A stretch of 64,000 nucleotides of DNA from Raillietiella orientalis (lineage: Eukaryota): assembly GCA_036172245.1 (NCBI GenBank), contig JAYWIR010000016.1:62001-126000 (forward strand). Direction: 5' to 3'. Positions 37,806 to 49,700 of the stretch are shown piece by piece (the first letter of the stretch is position 1; every line of letters begins with the position of its first letter). Made by a program: the position numbers and the translations under genes. The notes below the pieces were generated by a model that saw only the letters and a list, made by a program, of their open reading frames with translations, searched no databases and had not been told where the DNA came from.

Positions 37806-38316
37806 CTAGGGAACTTGCGGAAGCGCTTCTTGAGTTCTTCTTGAGGTCTTCGTCTGCTCCGTCTGCGTCAGAAGCCCCTGCCGCAGACGGAGCAGGCGAA
37901 GGGCTTGACCTCGACGTGGGTGTGCATATGGAAGGTCAGGTTGTACATCTGGTGCAAGGAAGGCCTTGGTGCAGACGAATACTTGAAGGCCTTCTCTGAG
38001 CTGTGGATGAGCCGGTGGTTCTTGTAGCTGCCCTTCTGGTGGAAGCCCTCGCCGCAGAAGTAGCACGTGAATGGCTTCAGGTCCAGGTGGACGCGCGCGC
38101 GCGCCGCGTGCCGCTGCGGTTGGACACCGATGAGGTTTCTCGGCCGTGTGGAAGATTTTGCGGCGGCCCAGCGTGGAGGCCTTCAGGAAGTCCTTGCCGT
38201 ATACCTGACACACGAAGGGCCGCGCCCACTACAACACGAGCGTGTCGGGTCAAGTTGTAGTGGGCACTGAACAGCTTCCCGCACTCCGGACAGGGGAAGC
38301 TCCGGGACGCGCTCAT
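37806..38316 (-). pseudogene. Fezf: Fez/Fezf/earmuff-family C2H2 zinc-finger pseudogene
   Basis: Across several frames it reads FPCPECGKLFSAHYNLTRH.../[38 protein letters not shown]../[69 protein letters not shown]. This matches the Fez six-finger array ([46 protein letters not shown]). It has multiple frameshifts, lost Cys/His ligands, a deletion in finger 3 and a TGA at 37868-37870. Confidence 0.93.
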
Positions 38317-41300
38317 CTCTCCGCCGCCGACTGAGGTGCGATAGACCTGGCCGCTTCCACGACACGCCGCCCTTCTTCTTCACACCCCTTTCCAGACCTG
38401 GAGGGTGAAGATACAGAGTCCTCCTCTCGACACTCCTTTTGCCTCCCGAAGGCGTCCGCCTTAGGAGGACTCCCGAGAAGCTGGCGCTGCCCCCTGAACC
38501 AGGGAGGACCCCGGTGGGCAACTGCCTGGCAAAAACGACCGCGTGCAGTGCCCTCTCCTCTGGACCTACTGCTGCCTCCAACTTTCCCTACTTTCGCTCC
38601 GCATCCAGGGCCAGATACCTCCCTTTGAGGAACTGGGAGCAGCACGTGTGCTCGCATCCTCGTCACCCGCTCATGCGCTTAGAGAAGCCAAGGGCGTGCT
38701 GGCTGCGTCCACTCGCGAACTCCCGACCCTATCCCCACGTCACATGAGAGCAGGGTTCACCCTGCTCTCATGTTGTTCTTGCTCCTTCTCTCGCCTTCAA
38801 CCCCCACGTTCATCACGCCGCCTCCAGGATATGTGGACACGCGGTGGGCGCTCACGCGATGCCACGACAGTCTGGTTGCGCGCTAATTTGCTCCCGGTGG
38901 GCGCAACCACGAACTCTTTCCGAAGTGGCGCAGCAGCCCTCTTCCCCCTCCTCTCTTGGTCACCATCTCCTGTTTCGGTGGCAACCAAGATGGGAGGATT
39001 CCGACTCTCCCGACAGCTCCCAGCGGCCAGCGGACATCGTTTCGAGCTGCTGCCGACCAGAGGACGCGGGTCCGCACATCCCTGGGGGTAGGGTAGGGGA
39101 AGAGAGCGAGGAAGGGGTCCGGGAACTGACGCCATCCCCTCCGGCACGTTGCAAAAACTGCCTCTGGATAGAGATAGGGCGCCCGCCAGAAGCTTCGGCC
39201 GGACGTTGCCACGCTACCTCCTCCTCCGCTTGCTCCAGCAAGACGAAGCTCTGAGGGGGAGCGACTGACTGGCGGATCCAAAGAACGAGAACGGAGCCCT
39301 CCGTTTTCCTTCCCTCCCTCCGTTCCTTACCTCTCTCCTTGGTCTCCTGCTTGCCCGGAGCAGAACGGTCTTGCACCGGGCGACAGAAAAAGGCGGAAAG
39401 ATGGAGAGGGGAACTCCCATTCAGAACGTGCACGCGTGCTCACATGAAAGGGCAACGATTCTCCAGCTGTCCTCAGAGCATCCCCAGCGAACTCACCGAG
39501 CCGGGAGCGCGCACACGTCTTGGCGGCGACGCTTCCGTCTGCCGGAGCGTTGCTGGCAGGAAGTGGTCCGGACGGGCGAAGCGACATCTGCTATTCTTCT
39601 CGGGAAGCCACCTGCTTCCTCGTCCGTCGCACAGAGTACGCGCGCGCGAGCGAGAAGGTGGGGGAGGGAACCTATGGGGATTCATTGGGGGAGGGGGCGG
39701 AAGCCAACGGACAATAACTCTGCCCTGCGATTGGCAAAGAAGAGGGATTGCTGGGCATGGTGGAAGGCATTACGAGGTTCCCGCGGGTTTATCCTGAAAG
39801 CGGCACAGCACGGGCCACGCAGCGGCTATTCTCTCACTTGCACCATCACTTTTCGAGGAAATGACGTGCTTAATGAAATTCCTGATCGCAGATACGAAAG
39901 CACCTCGCATAGGGTTAGGAAGAGGGGTTGGCATTTGTTCGCTTCCATGCCCTGAGCATTACAACCAAATTAAAGTATTCATCAGTCATGATGTGCGGAG
40001 GAAATCGTAAATCCACGGTTTCAAAAGGAAAATTGCCATTCGCTGAATTGGAAGGAGGGAGAGGGAGGGAGAGAGAGAGGGAGAGGGGAGGGGGGAGGGA
40101 GAACACACGGATTAGAACGAGGTAGAAGACAAAGTTCGGTGCAACTTTACGTTGAAACGGATTCGGTTTTATGGCTTTCAGCTCTCTTTATGGCTCTCTC
40201 TCCACTCCAGGTACGTGCAGTTCCTGTAGTAATCATTTGTTTTATTGGTAGTGGTGCTGCCTTCTTTGTACCACTGAAGCTCGTCCGTCGGACGTGACGT
40301 TCCCTTCCCCCCCCCCCCCCGTCCACTCTGACCCGTGGATTCTCCAGCGTCATCCTGATGTTATAGAAAAAAAAAAAAAAAAAAAAACCTGGTTGCGTGT
40401 TCTCCGATGATTAGGCGCGCTGAGCGTGGACGATGTCGCTCACACTTCAAAGGATTTCCGATTTTTCTCATTAAGAGCTTTTTTTCCTTTTCTTTTTCAC
40501 CTTCTGGCGACTTGAAGAGCTTCACTTTGAAAAAAAGAAAAAAAAACTCGCTTAGGGTGTGACACGCTCGGGTGGGCAGCCGCTCCGAATGCGGAGAATC
40601 CTTGGGGTTCCCACGCCACTGCATCTCTTGCTTCGGCGTTCGGGGGCTTCCAGCTCGCTCGCAAGGGCTCTTGGGGCGACCCACTCTGATCGTTCGGATG
40701 GCGGCAGGACTCTATCGGAAACGGTGATGAAGTTGGGATGACCTCTGCGAGAGTCCGGACGAGCGCCTGCTGCGTAACAACGCCTCGCCAGCGAGGGCGG
40801 GGTCACCTGGAGTTATGGATCGGGATCAGCCGTTGTTGGCTCGCGGTCCCAGGGAGCGGTCCGCGGCCTCCCCCGGAATCGCACGCGCGCGCTTGGGGAC
40901 GCGGAAAGTGGACGGAACGTCGTTCCGGGATCGATGTGCCAGCGGTGACGAAGTGCTGCGAGGTGGTGGATGCGGAAGATCAGGAGGAAGACCAAGGGGC
41001 GGATGCTGGCCTCCGAGCCGGCCAGCGTCCACCCCGGAGACAACGAAAGCGAATCGACTCGTTCTCTAGTCAGATCAGCTGCTCCGTGCGCAGCTCTCAA
41101 GCAGGTGAAACGAGAAACGCGGAGTTTTCTTCGAAAGCACTCCGGAACACGAAATGGATTCCAGAGTCACAGAAAGGATGGGATTCGTCTGAGACTCGCC
41201 ACCGTGTTTGCGGGATCGGAACATTCCAGAAAACCGGCGCTCTTCTGACAGATGCTGGGCGTCTGCGAAGGGCTCGAACTCTTGAAATACGAAAAGCATC

Positions 41301-41666
41301 TCCGGACCTCGGCGGGAGGCGGTTCGTCGTCTCTGCCTTGGGAGCAGAGAGAGCGCAGAGAGCGGTGCCTCCTCGCCGTGCTCTTTCTCGCTTCCGAACT
41401 TCCATCGTCCGCTTCCTCGATCGTCCTGCTCTGCGTGTTCCGGAGCTCTTGCGGCGTTGCCGCGGACAATTTCGGCTCTCCAATTTCAAGAGAACTCGTC
41501 CATTTTCGAACAGGAACGCCGAGGCTGCAAATCGTTGCTCGTCCATTCCTCCTCACTGAGGCATTTTGTGATTATGCGGGATCCCAGCAGTAGCGGACTT
41601 CAGGCATTAGCGAGCACTGCCAGGCCCGGAATCGCTCGAGTTCCCACGGCGAAATCGAATTAGCTG

Positions 41667-41735
41667 GCGCGCGCGCGCGCGCACACACACACACACACTC
41701 ACACACATACACATACACACATACACACACACACA
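41667..41735. repeat. Compound (GC)n(CA)n microsatellite
   Basis: Seen directly; alternating purine-pyrimidine tract. Confidence 0.9.
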
Positions 41736-43199
41736 GTGCGTCCAAACTTCGGACAAACTGACGACTAGCCACCGCGGTAACGTCGGAAAGCCTCGGTTCG
41801 ACCTCCGGCAGATGGGCCACTCCGCAGATCGACCAGATTGAGCCGCGCTTGTCGCGATGGCTAATGAAAGACAAATGATGGGTTTCCAGGGAGGAGGAGG
41901 GGTCGGCCTGCGGGAATGCACCGCGAGGATTCCCGCTCGTCATCCCCCTGTCCCCTCCCGTGTTGTGGCTGTTGCTTCCCAAGAGTTCGCTCTGGCAGTC
42001 ATCTCGCCGCGTCGAGGCTTCCCAAGTTGATCGACCCGGCGGATCCGACTGCTCGAACAGCAGCGTCCTTGCCATGTGGACAGGTGAGCAGCTCCGCGAC
42101 GGGGAGGACGGCGTTCCCAGGAGAGCCATCGCGAAACCCGCGCGCGGTACCCTGGTCCCCTTATGGAGGGAGCCCATATGTTTTGCAGGAGAGGGAGACC
42201 CGAGGGAGTTCCAATGTCCAAGACGCCTCTACGAGCGGGAATTCCTTTCCTTTTCAAAAGACGAGCGAATTCCCGACGGCGAGCCTCGGAGGGGGCTGTC
42301 GGTCGTCAAGCTGATGGCAAGAAGGAAGGAAGGAAAGAGACGAAGCTGGAGAACGCCTCTGGCGAAACGGGGGGGGTGGAAGATTCCCGCTCAATGACCT
42401 GACCTGCAGCCCGCTGGACAGAGCAGTACTCACCTACTGGGAAGCCGGCCCTGCTGGAAGCCGAAGATTCCCTTCCGGAGGTCGGCCGACACCCCGGCGA
42501 AAGCGCGCGCTGCCGGCAGGCGGAAAACGGTCGCGCGAGAGTGAGGCAGAGTCCATCTGTGGACGCAAACCTGAAAAGTAGGGAAATTCCCTATGTGAGG
42601 TTTTCGGGGGCTGGGAGGGGGGATCCGCGGTGTGGACCAGAAAAGGAGCTGGAGAAGAATATTGGGGGAAGTAGAGCATGAAATGCACGAGTGGATGGGG
42701 TGCCATCAGCCGAATCTCCCTCCCCTTAGTCCCCTCGCGGTAAGCACGTGACATCTCCTTCGCTGGTTGTCTCTACCCCCGGCAGCGGCATGGGAACGGA
42801 GGGGATGACATTGCCGTTGGCGCTGCTCCTTGGCAAAGCAAGCCGCCTCAGTACTGCGACTACCTGCTGCTGGAAGAAGTTCCTCTGAGAAGGCAGAGGC
42901 GCCTCCACGTGCCCTCTGACTCCTCGTTCGCAGCCTCGCTAGCAGCCCTCTGCTACCTACGCGGGATCGTCGCTGCCTGGAGCGACGCAAGAGGAAGACA
43001 CAGCCATGGGGGTGCCACATCCACTTGCCCGGAATGCCATCCACATTCCCGAAATCTCGTTTCCAGGAAAGCCTTCCAGAAGAGCGCGCAGTGAGTTGGG
43101 GCGGCCGGTGCTTTTGTGCTTTTCCTCCCCTAGTGGCGAGGGTGGCATTCTTCCTTAGGAAAGCGCACACGAATAGGTCTGTATCTACACGTGGTCTGC

Positions 43200-44890
43200 T
43201 GCCTATGTGGGATTGTGGCTGAATAGAGCGATGCAAGAGGAGGACACAGCGAGAGGCATACCATCCCACTTTGCCATCCGCTTCATGAGGACGGTAACAA
43301 GATGGCCCAACTTGAACCACTCGATGCAGCAAGAGCTTGTCGGCATCCTCGAAAGGATGCAGAGGATCGCCCCCAGCATGACGTAATCTCTTCCTGCATC
43401 CCCCCCCCCAAACTTTATTTATTTTTGATTTTTTGTTTACTTTTCTTTTTTGCTGCCGTGGAGAACCCCATCGGTCTGCGAACCGGTAACCCGGCAGGCA
43501 CCCGGTGAAACGGAGTGGTCGGACCACTGGTCCAACCACAGAGATTGTGGTTGTTTATTTTATTTATATACGAAGTCAACGCCCTGGTGCACCCAGGTGA
43601 CAATCCATGTGCCTTTTGCCGTCCTACTAGTGCTGCAGGGAAGTCTCCGTCCCTACGTGGAGCGGAAGGCACCGCAGTCCGGCAGCTGGTGCGGGGGACA
43701 GATTCGACCATCCTTGGGAAAACGCATATGAGCGTCCACCGGGTGTTCCCACTTATGGAGAGGAGGAGCCTTCGGGGGACACTGACAGCTGTTGGAGTCT
43801 GAGCAGGAGCAGAGAGCTGACCAGTCCCCTCCTCGCTGCTCAGATCGGCGTTCCTGACGACGCGGATGAGAGCAATTCGGTACCTCGGTGGGAGGGGGAG
43901 AGGGCTGCACTTCCTCTGAGGGCGGAGCAAGCAAACCCTTTGCCCCACCTGTGGCCAACTGGTGGTCCTTTCCTGGAGAGCAACTCGGTTTTATCGAGTT
44001 GCTCACACGCGCTGCTTCGTGCCGCTGCGCGCCCGGGCTGCTCCCCGGTCAGAATATCAGCCTCGACGAGGGGCCACGAGGCAGATGGGAAGCATCTCCG
44101 CTTACCCTTGTCAGCCGAACTCAGGACCACGCGCGCCTTCGAAGGGCGTCGCTGCCTGCGTCCCGGGCGCCTCCGGGTCCCTACGCTCGGGCCACGCTCC
44201 ATGCTCCCGAGATGCGGACCGGAGCGCCTCCCGCGGAAGCTCGCTGCGACCTTTTCGCTTGGAGGGCAATGGGAAGGGCCCTCGGCAGGCGAGCAAGGGA
44301 CGCACGGGAAGTAGGGACCTAAGGACATGGAGCGTTTTCAGGCGGCTGCTCGCTCGGGTGGGGGAAGGGGGGAGCCTGCCATCCCGAAAGGCTTCGAGGC
44401 TTCGCTCCCTGAAGGCTCCTTCTGGAAGTGCCGGAAGGCACCTCCCATGGTGATGTCCAGGAGGACCCCATACAGCTGCTCCTCCTACGACATCCCTACA
44501 AAGACGATCGAGGGTTCCGTGCTTGTCCTCAGCGGACCGCCGCGAACAACTCGGCAGGGGGGACACGGCGGAAGATCCTCGTAGGTCACCCTACTCCAGG
44601 TTTGCAGCGGGGACCTGCCCCCCATTCTAGTTGATGTCAATCGGCATGGGGTCCGGGAAGCTCGATCCCCAGCACCACCTCGCAGCGCCCCAGTATGCGT
44701 GGCTGCCGCCGAAAGGGACGTCTACCAGTGCGTCAACTCCGGAGCGATGGCGGGGAACTCCGGGTTTATGCGGCCGGGCGCCTCCGGCAGGTCGACCTCG
44801 ACCTCGAGGAACGAACTTCACGGGTCAGCCTGCCCGTCACGGTCGGCGCTCCCGGGAGAGGCTCCCCTTAGAACAGCTTCAGGGGCGTGA
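43200..44890 (+). pseudogene. Probable MICAL-like (CH-LIM-bMERB) pseudogene
   Basis: LIM remnant at 43941-44100: CPTCGQLVV(FLE)...YRVAHTRCF/CRC-APGLLPG...WEASP (cf. C..C...VFL.ER...YHR.CFRCARC...LLPG). Upstream are a CH-like exon (NLNHSMQQELVGILERMQRIAPSM|gt) and PQRLWLFILFIYEV. Downstream is bMERB-like GELRVYA...LDLEERTSRV (~44750-44830). Frameshifted; by-eye assignment. Confidence 0.45.
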
Positions 44891-46584
44891 TCTGCGTAGG
44901 AGTAGGGCTAAGAGAAGACCTCCCTCCCTCTCTCTACCCTCCCCCGGAGCCTCGCATCAACCCTTATCCCTCCCTCTTCACTCGCCGGCCCACTGGAGAG
45001 CCGCGGCTCCCGTCCACGCCCCTCGGGGGCCTGCGGTCGAGAAAGATCCCCTGGGGGCGGTCGGGTGGGGAGGCGATGAACTCCTCCTCCAGCAGTCCAC
45101 AGTCGGGCCGCTGTCGCCCTTCCGGGACGCGAGCAAAAGGAAACCTCGGGTTTGAGCCTCCCCCTCTTCGCACTTCCCCTCTTTTCCTGGGACTCTTGCC
45201 CTGCCCTCCTTCCGGAGAGCGCCCGAATGAGAAATAATCCTGGCTTTCGGGAGATTCTCTCTGCTTCCACGTGCCTCCTCCGGACCGAAGAGAGCGTGTC
45301 CCTCTGCGGGTCACATTGGCGTGCTACGCCCTCTGGAGGGTGAAGGGAAGAGGCGGCCACTTGGCCCGGAGATCGCTGGCTGAGTCCTTCCATTCTGCCT
45401 TCCCCTTCCTAAGGGGGTGTTGTCCGCCAGAGGAAAAGGGGGGGGGGAGCGCCAGCTCACACAGCTCTTCCAGAGGCGGTGCGCATCGCCACTTGGTCGC
45501 GAAGTCTCATCCCCGACCCCGACCAACCAACTCCCCTCCCCAGTTCCTCCCCTCCTTCCCGAGTTACTCCGGGAGCTACCCGGCAGCACAGCGGCGGGGT
45601 CTCCGGAGCGTGCGCTCCGTCGCCGCCAACGTTTGTCCCTTCCCCACAACTCAAGCTAGAGGGTCGGGAGTGTGGAGGAGCAGTAGTCCGCCCAGCAGCG
45701 AACCCCCTCCCCATTTTCAGCTGTCCCAGCGGCGGGCTAGTTTGCTGCTTCTCTGAGAGCGTTGCGGGGAAACACGCCGCTCAGGGAAGAGCAAAAAGCG
45801 CGGGGAGCGCATTCCAGGGAACGCCTCTCCCCACGCCCTCTCTCTACCTAGCGCGCCAGCAGGGGCAACCGTATCGCGGCCCGCGCGTGCCGCAGGCAGT
45901 CGACCGAGACTGCGAAGATCGAGCGCCAAGCGAGGCTTCTTTTCCCCGGGGAGGGAGGCGACGAGAACGGGGGAGGGGGAGAGGAGGAAGTAGGGCTTTC
46001 GGAGCGGGGTCGGTCACTCCCGTGGGAAGGAGAGGATGCTGCCAAGGAATACGCGGCTACAGTTCGGAGGAGGAGGAGAACCTGGGGGAGGGAGAAAGGG
46101 GTTCGGTAGGGAACACCCGCGCGCACTGCCCCGCAAAGGAGTCTACGGGGATCTTCGCATGACGCGCGCGCGTACGTACGCGGGACTCCGCGGTCAGCCC
46201 TGGCGGCCGGAGCGGGCAGTTGTGGCTACGCGAGCGTGAGAACGGGCTGAGGGAGGGGGAACGGAGCGAAGGGGGGGACGTCCCTCGAACGGGAAGCGCT
46301 CAGGAGGGAGGGACGGCCGTGGGCGGAGCGCAGGTGCGCCACCGCCTCCGCCGGACGCGGGGCCGCCGCGTGCAGCGACGGCGGCGTCCCCCTCTTCCCG
46401 AGGCGAGCTTTCCGGGACGAAGCGATCCGTTCCAGGGAGGAGTGGGAGTGGAGATGGGGAAGGCGACAGTCAGCGGTTGGAAAAGGGCGGCGGCGGTTCC
46501 ACCCTCGTGTCGGTGGGAGGAGGCGTCGGTCGGGTCCCGCGGAAGGAGGTGGTGGCCACACGACTGGAGGGAGCAGGGCCTCCG

Positions 46585-46720
46585 CCTCCTCCCTCCGCCG
46601 CCGCCGCCGCCGCCGTTGCTGCTGCTGCTGCGGCGTCGGCGTCGGCGTCGGCGGCGTCGGCAGCATCTGGGGTCCACATGCTGCTCCGGAGGAGGCAGGG
46701 AGCGGCGTCGGCGTCGGCGG
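46585..46720. repeat. Compound GC-rich low-complexity repeat: (CCG)n, (GCT)n, (GCGTCG)n
   Basis: Seen directly. Confidence 0.85.
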
Positions 46721-49700
46721 CGCCTCGCCCGCGCAGAGCGGGCGACGTGTGCGGTCCGGACCATTTGACATCTCTGACACGCCGGTATACAAACAACCAG
46801 TCCCGGCCTTGTCGTCGTAATCAGATAATGCGAGCCGCTCCCGGGTGGTCCCGGGTGATGACTTGATTCGGTGTGTTCCTTCCTCCTCCTCAGAGACGAC
46901 GCCGGCCGCGGTCCTGGGCATCGAGAGGAACGCGCGCTTTCACCAAAATCCTCCGCCTCCTCCTCTCTCTCTCCCCCCTCCTCCTTTCCTTTCTGCCTCC
47001 CCCTCCAACCCCCCCGCTGCCGCGCTGTTCCTCCTCCTCCCTCCCGTTTTAATTGTTCGATCTTCACGCGCGATTGCCTCGGAAAGCCAGCGCGCTCGCC
47101 GGCTGCCTGTGGGTGGTCGCAAATGCCGTCCACCACCTCCTCCCAGGCCTCGCGGCCGCTCGCTCGCTGAGATCCTTCCTGCCTCTCGCAGGATGGGGGG
47201 GGGGGGAGGGGAAAGCGAGCCGGCAGCAGGAAACGGCAGACCCGTGGCGCGAGGGAGCGGAACGTGGAGGTCCTCCTTTCAGTTCCGCGAGGAGGAGGAG
47301 GAAGGGAAGAGGAGCGCGCGGGCTGGGGAAGGGGGAGAGGGGTTGGGATGGATCGCCCTGCTTGGACTCCCCTCCCCTCCCCGGGAGCGCGGAGGCCCTC
47401 TCTCTCGTTGCCCCACGACTCTCGTGGTGAGCCCACGAGCGCTCGCGTCCCTCCCACCGCTTCGCGGCTCCCTGGAAGGTCCTCCTCCTGGGTGGGGGGT
47501 GAACCTTGGGCCACTCCCTTCGAGGGATGAGCGCGGACCCGGAATTCCTTCCCGGGAGGGCAGCAGAGAACGAGAAAGAAAAGGGCCGCGGACGAAGGTC
47601 CCATTAGCGACGGTCTTGCGCCGCGAAGACAAAAGGGGAGAGCGGCGGGCGACTTCTGGGCTCCGAGGGAGTCCTCCGCAGGCCCGGCGCGCCGCGACCA
47701 CCCAAATCTCCCCCCCGACGCCTCCGCTCGCGCGCTCCGCGAGGGCCTCTGCAGCCAGTCGCCGCCCTCCGTCCGACCCGCGGCGCGCCGGTGGCGTCCT
47801 CGGGCGGGCGCGGCCAAGTAGAGGGAAGAACCGAGCGACCGCGAGCGGGAGGGAAGAGGAGGAGGAGGGGGGAGACCTTGACCCCCCCCCTCCGGAGTGC
47901 CTTCTGCTCGGGTCGAGAAAATCTTTTGCCTCCTGCTCGCTTCTGCCGCCCGTCGGCGAGGTCGATCGTTTCAGCCGTCCTCGCGCCCTCCCATCCTCCC
48001 AGCAGCCCTCCCGACCGCTGCCGGGGAGATGCGTGCGTTCTATTTTCGTTTTATTGGGACCAACATCCCGGGAGGGCGGATCCGAGGGATCGCGGGAAGT
48101 GGAGAGGGAGCACTGCGGATGCTGCCGGAGGAGCTCCACCCTGACGGAGGAAGGTGCAATTCCGCTTCGGCCCCCCGTAAGAGGGCCGCGGCAGCGAGTG
48201 GGAAGGGGGGGAAGGCTCGAAACTTGCGGAGGAGCGCGCCGGAAAGGGCAAGAGGCCCCAGGAGCTCATGCCCGGGGTCTCGTGTCGCTACCGCGGCGGG
48301 TCGCTCGCTCACGAGGCGAGTGCCCTTTCTGCCTGGCCGCTGGGGCCAGCTCCGTCACGAAAGCCCCTTCCTGGAATTTCTGGAACGCCTCCTCTTCCCT
48401 GCTCTCCGCGGTGGGGGTTCCGGGAGAGGAAAAGAAGTAGACGCTGCCACACCAAAAGAAGGGCAGGGGGGACGCCACCCAGAAGGGTGTCCCTCACGGG
48501 CCGAGCAGGGGCGCTCCTCGCCGTCCTTGGAAGCGGATCCACCCTCGCTCGTTCGGGCCTTTTTGTCCGGGGGGAGACCGCCTCAAACAGCTGAGGGAGT
48601 ACCATCCCGCGTCCCTGAACCCGTGATCGCAGGGACGCAGGGTGGGAAAGGCGTGAGCGCGCGCAGTAGCCGATCCTCCCCCTGACGTTTCCTTTCCGGA
48701 GGTGGAGGGGGGGAGAAATCGAGAAGGTCCGTCGGTGGATAGCTAGCCCTCCAGAAAGGGAACGCTCAGTCCCCATCACGCGCAGCTGGCATCCCCGGGA
48801 AGGGTCAGCATTCACAGCGTTGCCTACGACTGGAGGTCGGCTGGACTGCGTTGATCCCCCCCTCTCCTCCTCCTCGTGCTCCAAGCAGACAGCCGCCCCA
48901 GGGAGGCAGGCACCATTTTCGCGTCTGTGGCTGGCTGTTCCCCTCCTCCTCTCCCCCCCACTGATGCAGCGGGTCATCCGGATGGAAGAGGAGGGGGAAA
49001 AAAAGGGGGTGAACGGACGAGGCTCCCTGTTTGCCTGCGTCCCGGTTTCGTTCGCTGCGCTCAGGGAGGAACCCCCGAGGGCGAAAGCACGCACGGATAC
49101 AGCAGCTGGGAAGGAGAGAGGAGCTCTCCCGGAGAAGAAAGAGGTCAAAAATCTCGCGTGAGATTCTTCTCCTTGCCCACCCACCCACGCAACAGTCGCA
49201 TGGGTGGGTGGGCGTTCGAAGGAGGGGGGAGGGAAAGGGAGAGCGCTCGGGTGCTTCGGTATGCACGCCCTGGATAGGGGACGGAGGCTGAGGAGGAGAC
49301 CACCGGTGTGCATGGAGCTCCGACAGGGCTCCGCGGACGCGCGCAGCTCACGCGTCAAGGAAGGGACGCGTGCATGGGGTGCGAACCTGTTAGTCGAAGG
49401 GCTTTGCACGGTCCCTGATCACCCCCCATGGTTTGCACAGGAGAGGGAACCTTTCTCCAGGTGAAGGACTGACTCCTGCGTCTCCATGAGTTGGTGCAAA
49501 TCCTATCCCTTCCTATCCAAGCGTTCCCGTAAGTGACGGACCAACAGTTCTTCGCCGTTGCCCTCGCGAGTTCCAGCATCCTTCTGACCTCCTCTTCTCC
49601 CTTGCTCGTGGTTAGCCTGCGGTCCTATCTCCTCCTTTTTCTCCTCCCCGCTTTCCCGGGAAAGGAAGGTGTGCACTTCCCACCCCTTTCGTTTCTAGGA

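Noticed and set aside
46226..46800. Poly-Ala/Gln transcription-factor exon (MWTPDAADA..., AHLRSAH)
   Set aside because: Explained by trinucleotide and hexanucleotide repeats; no DNA-binding domain or consistent splice frame.
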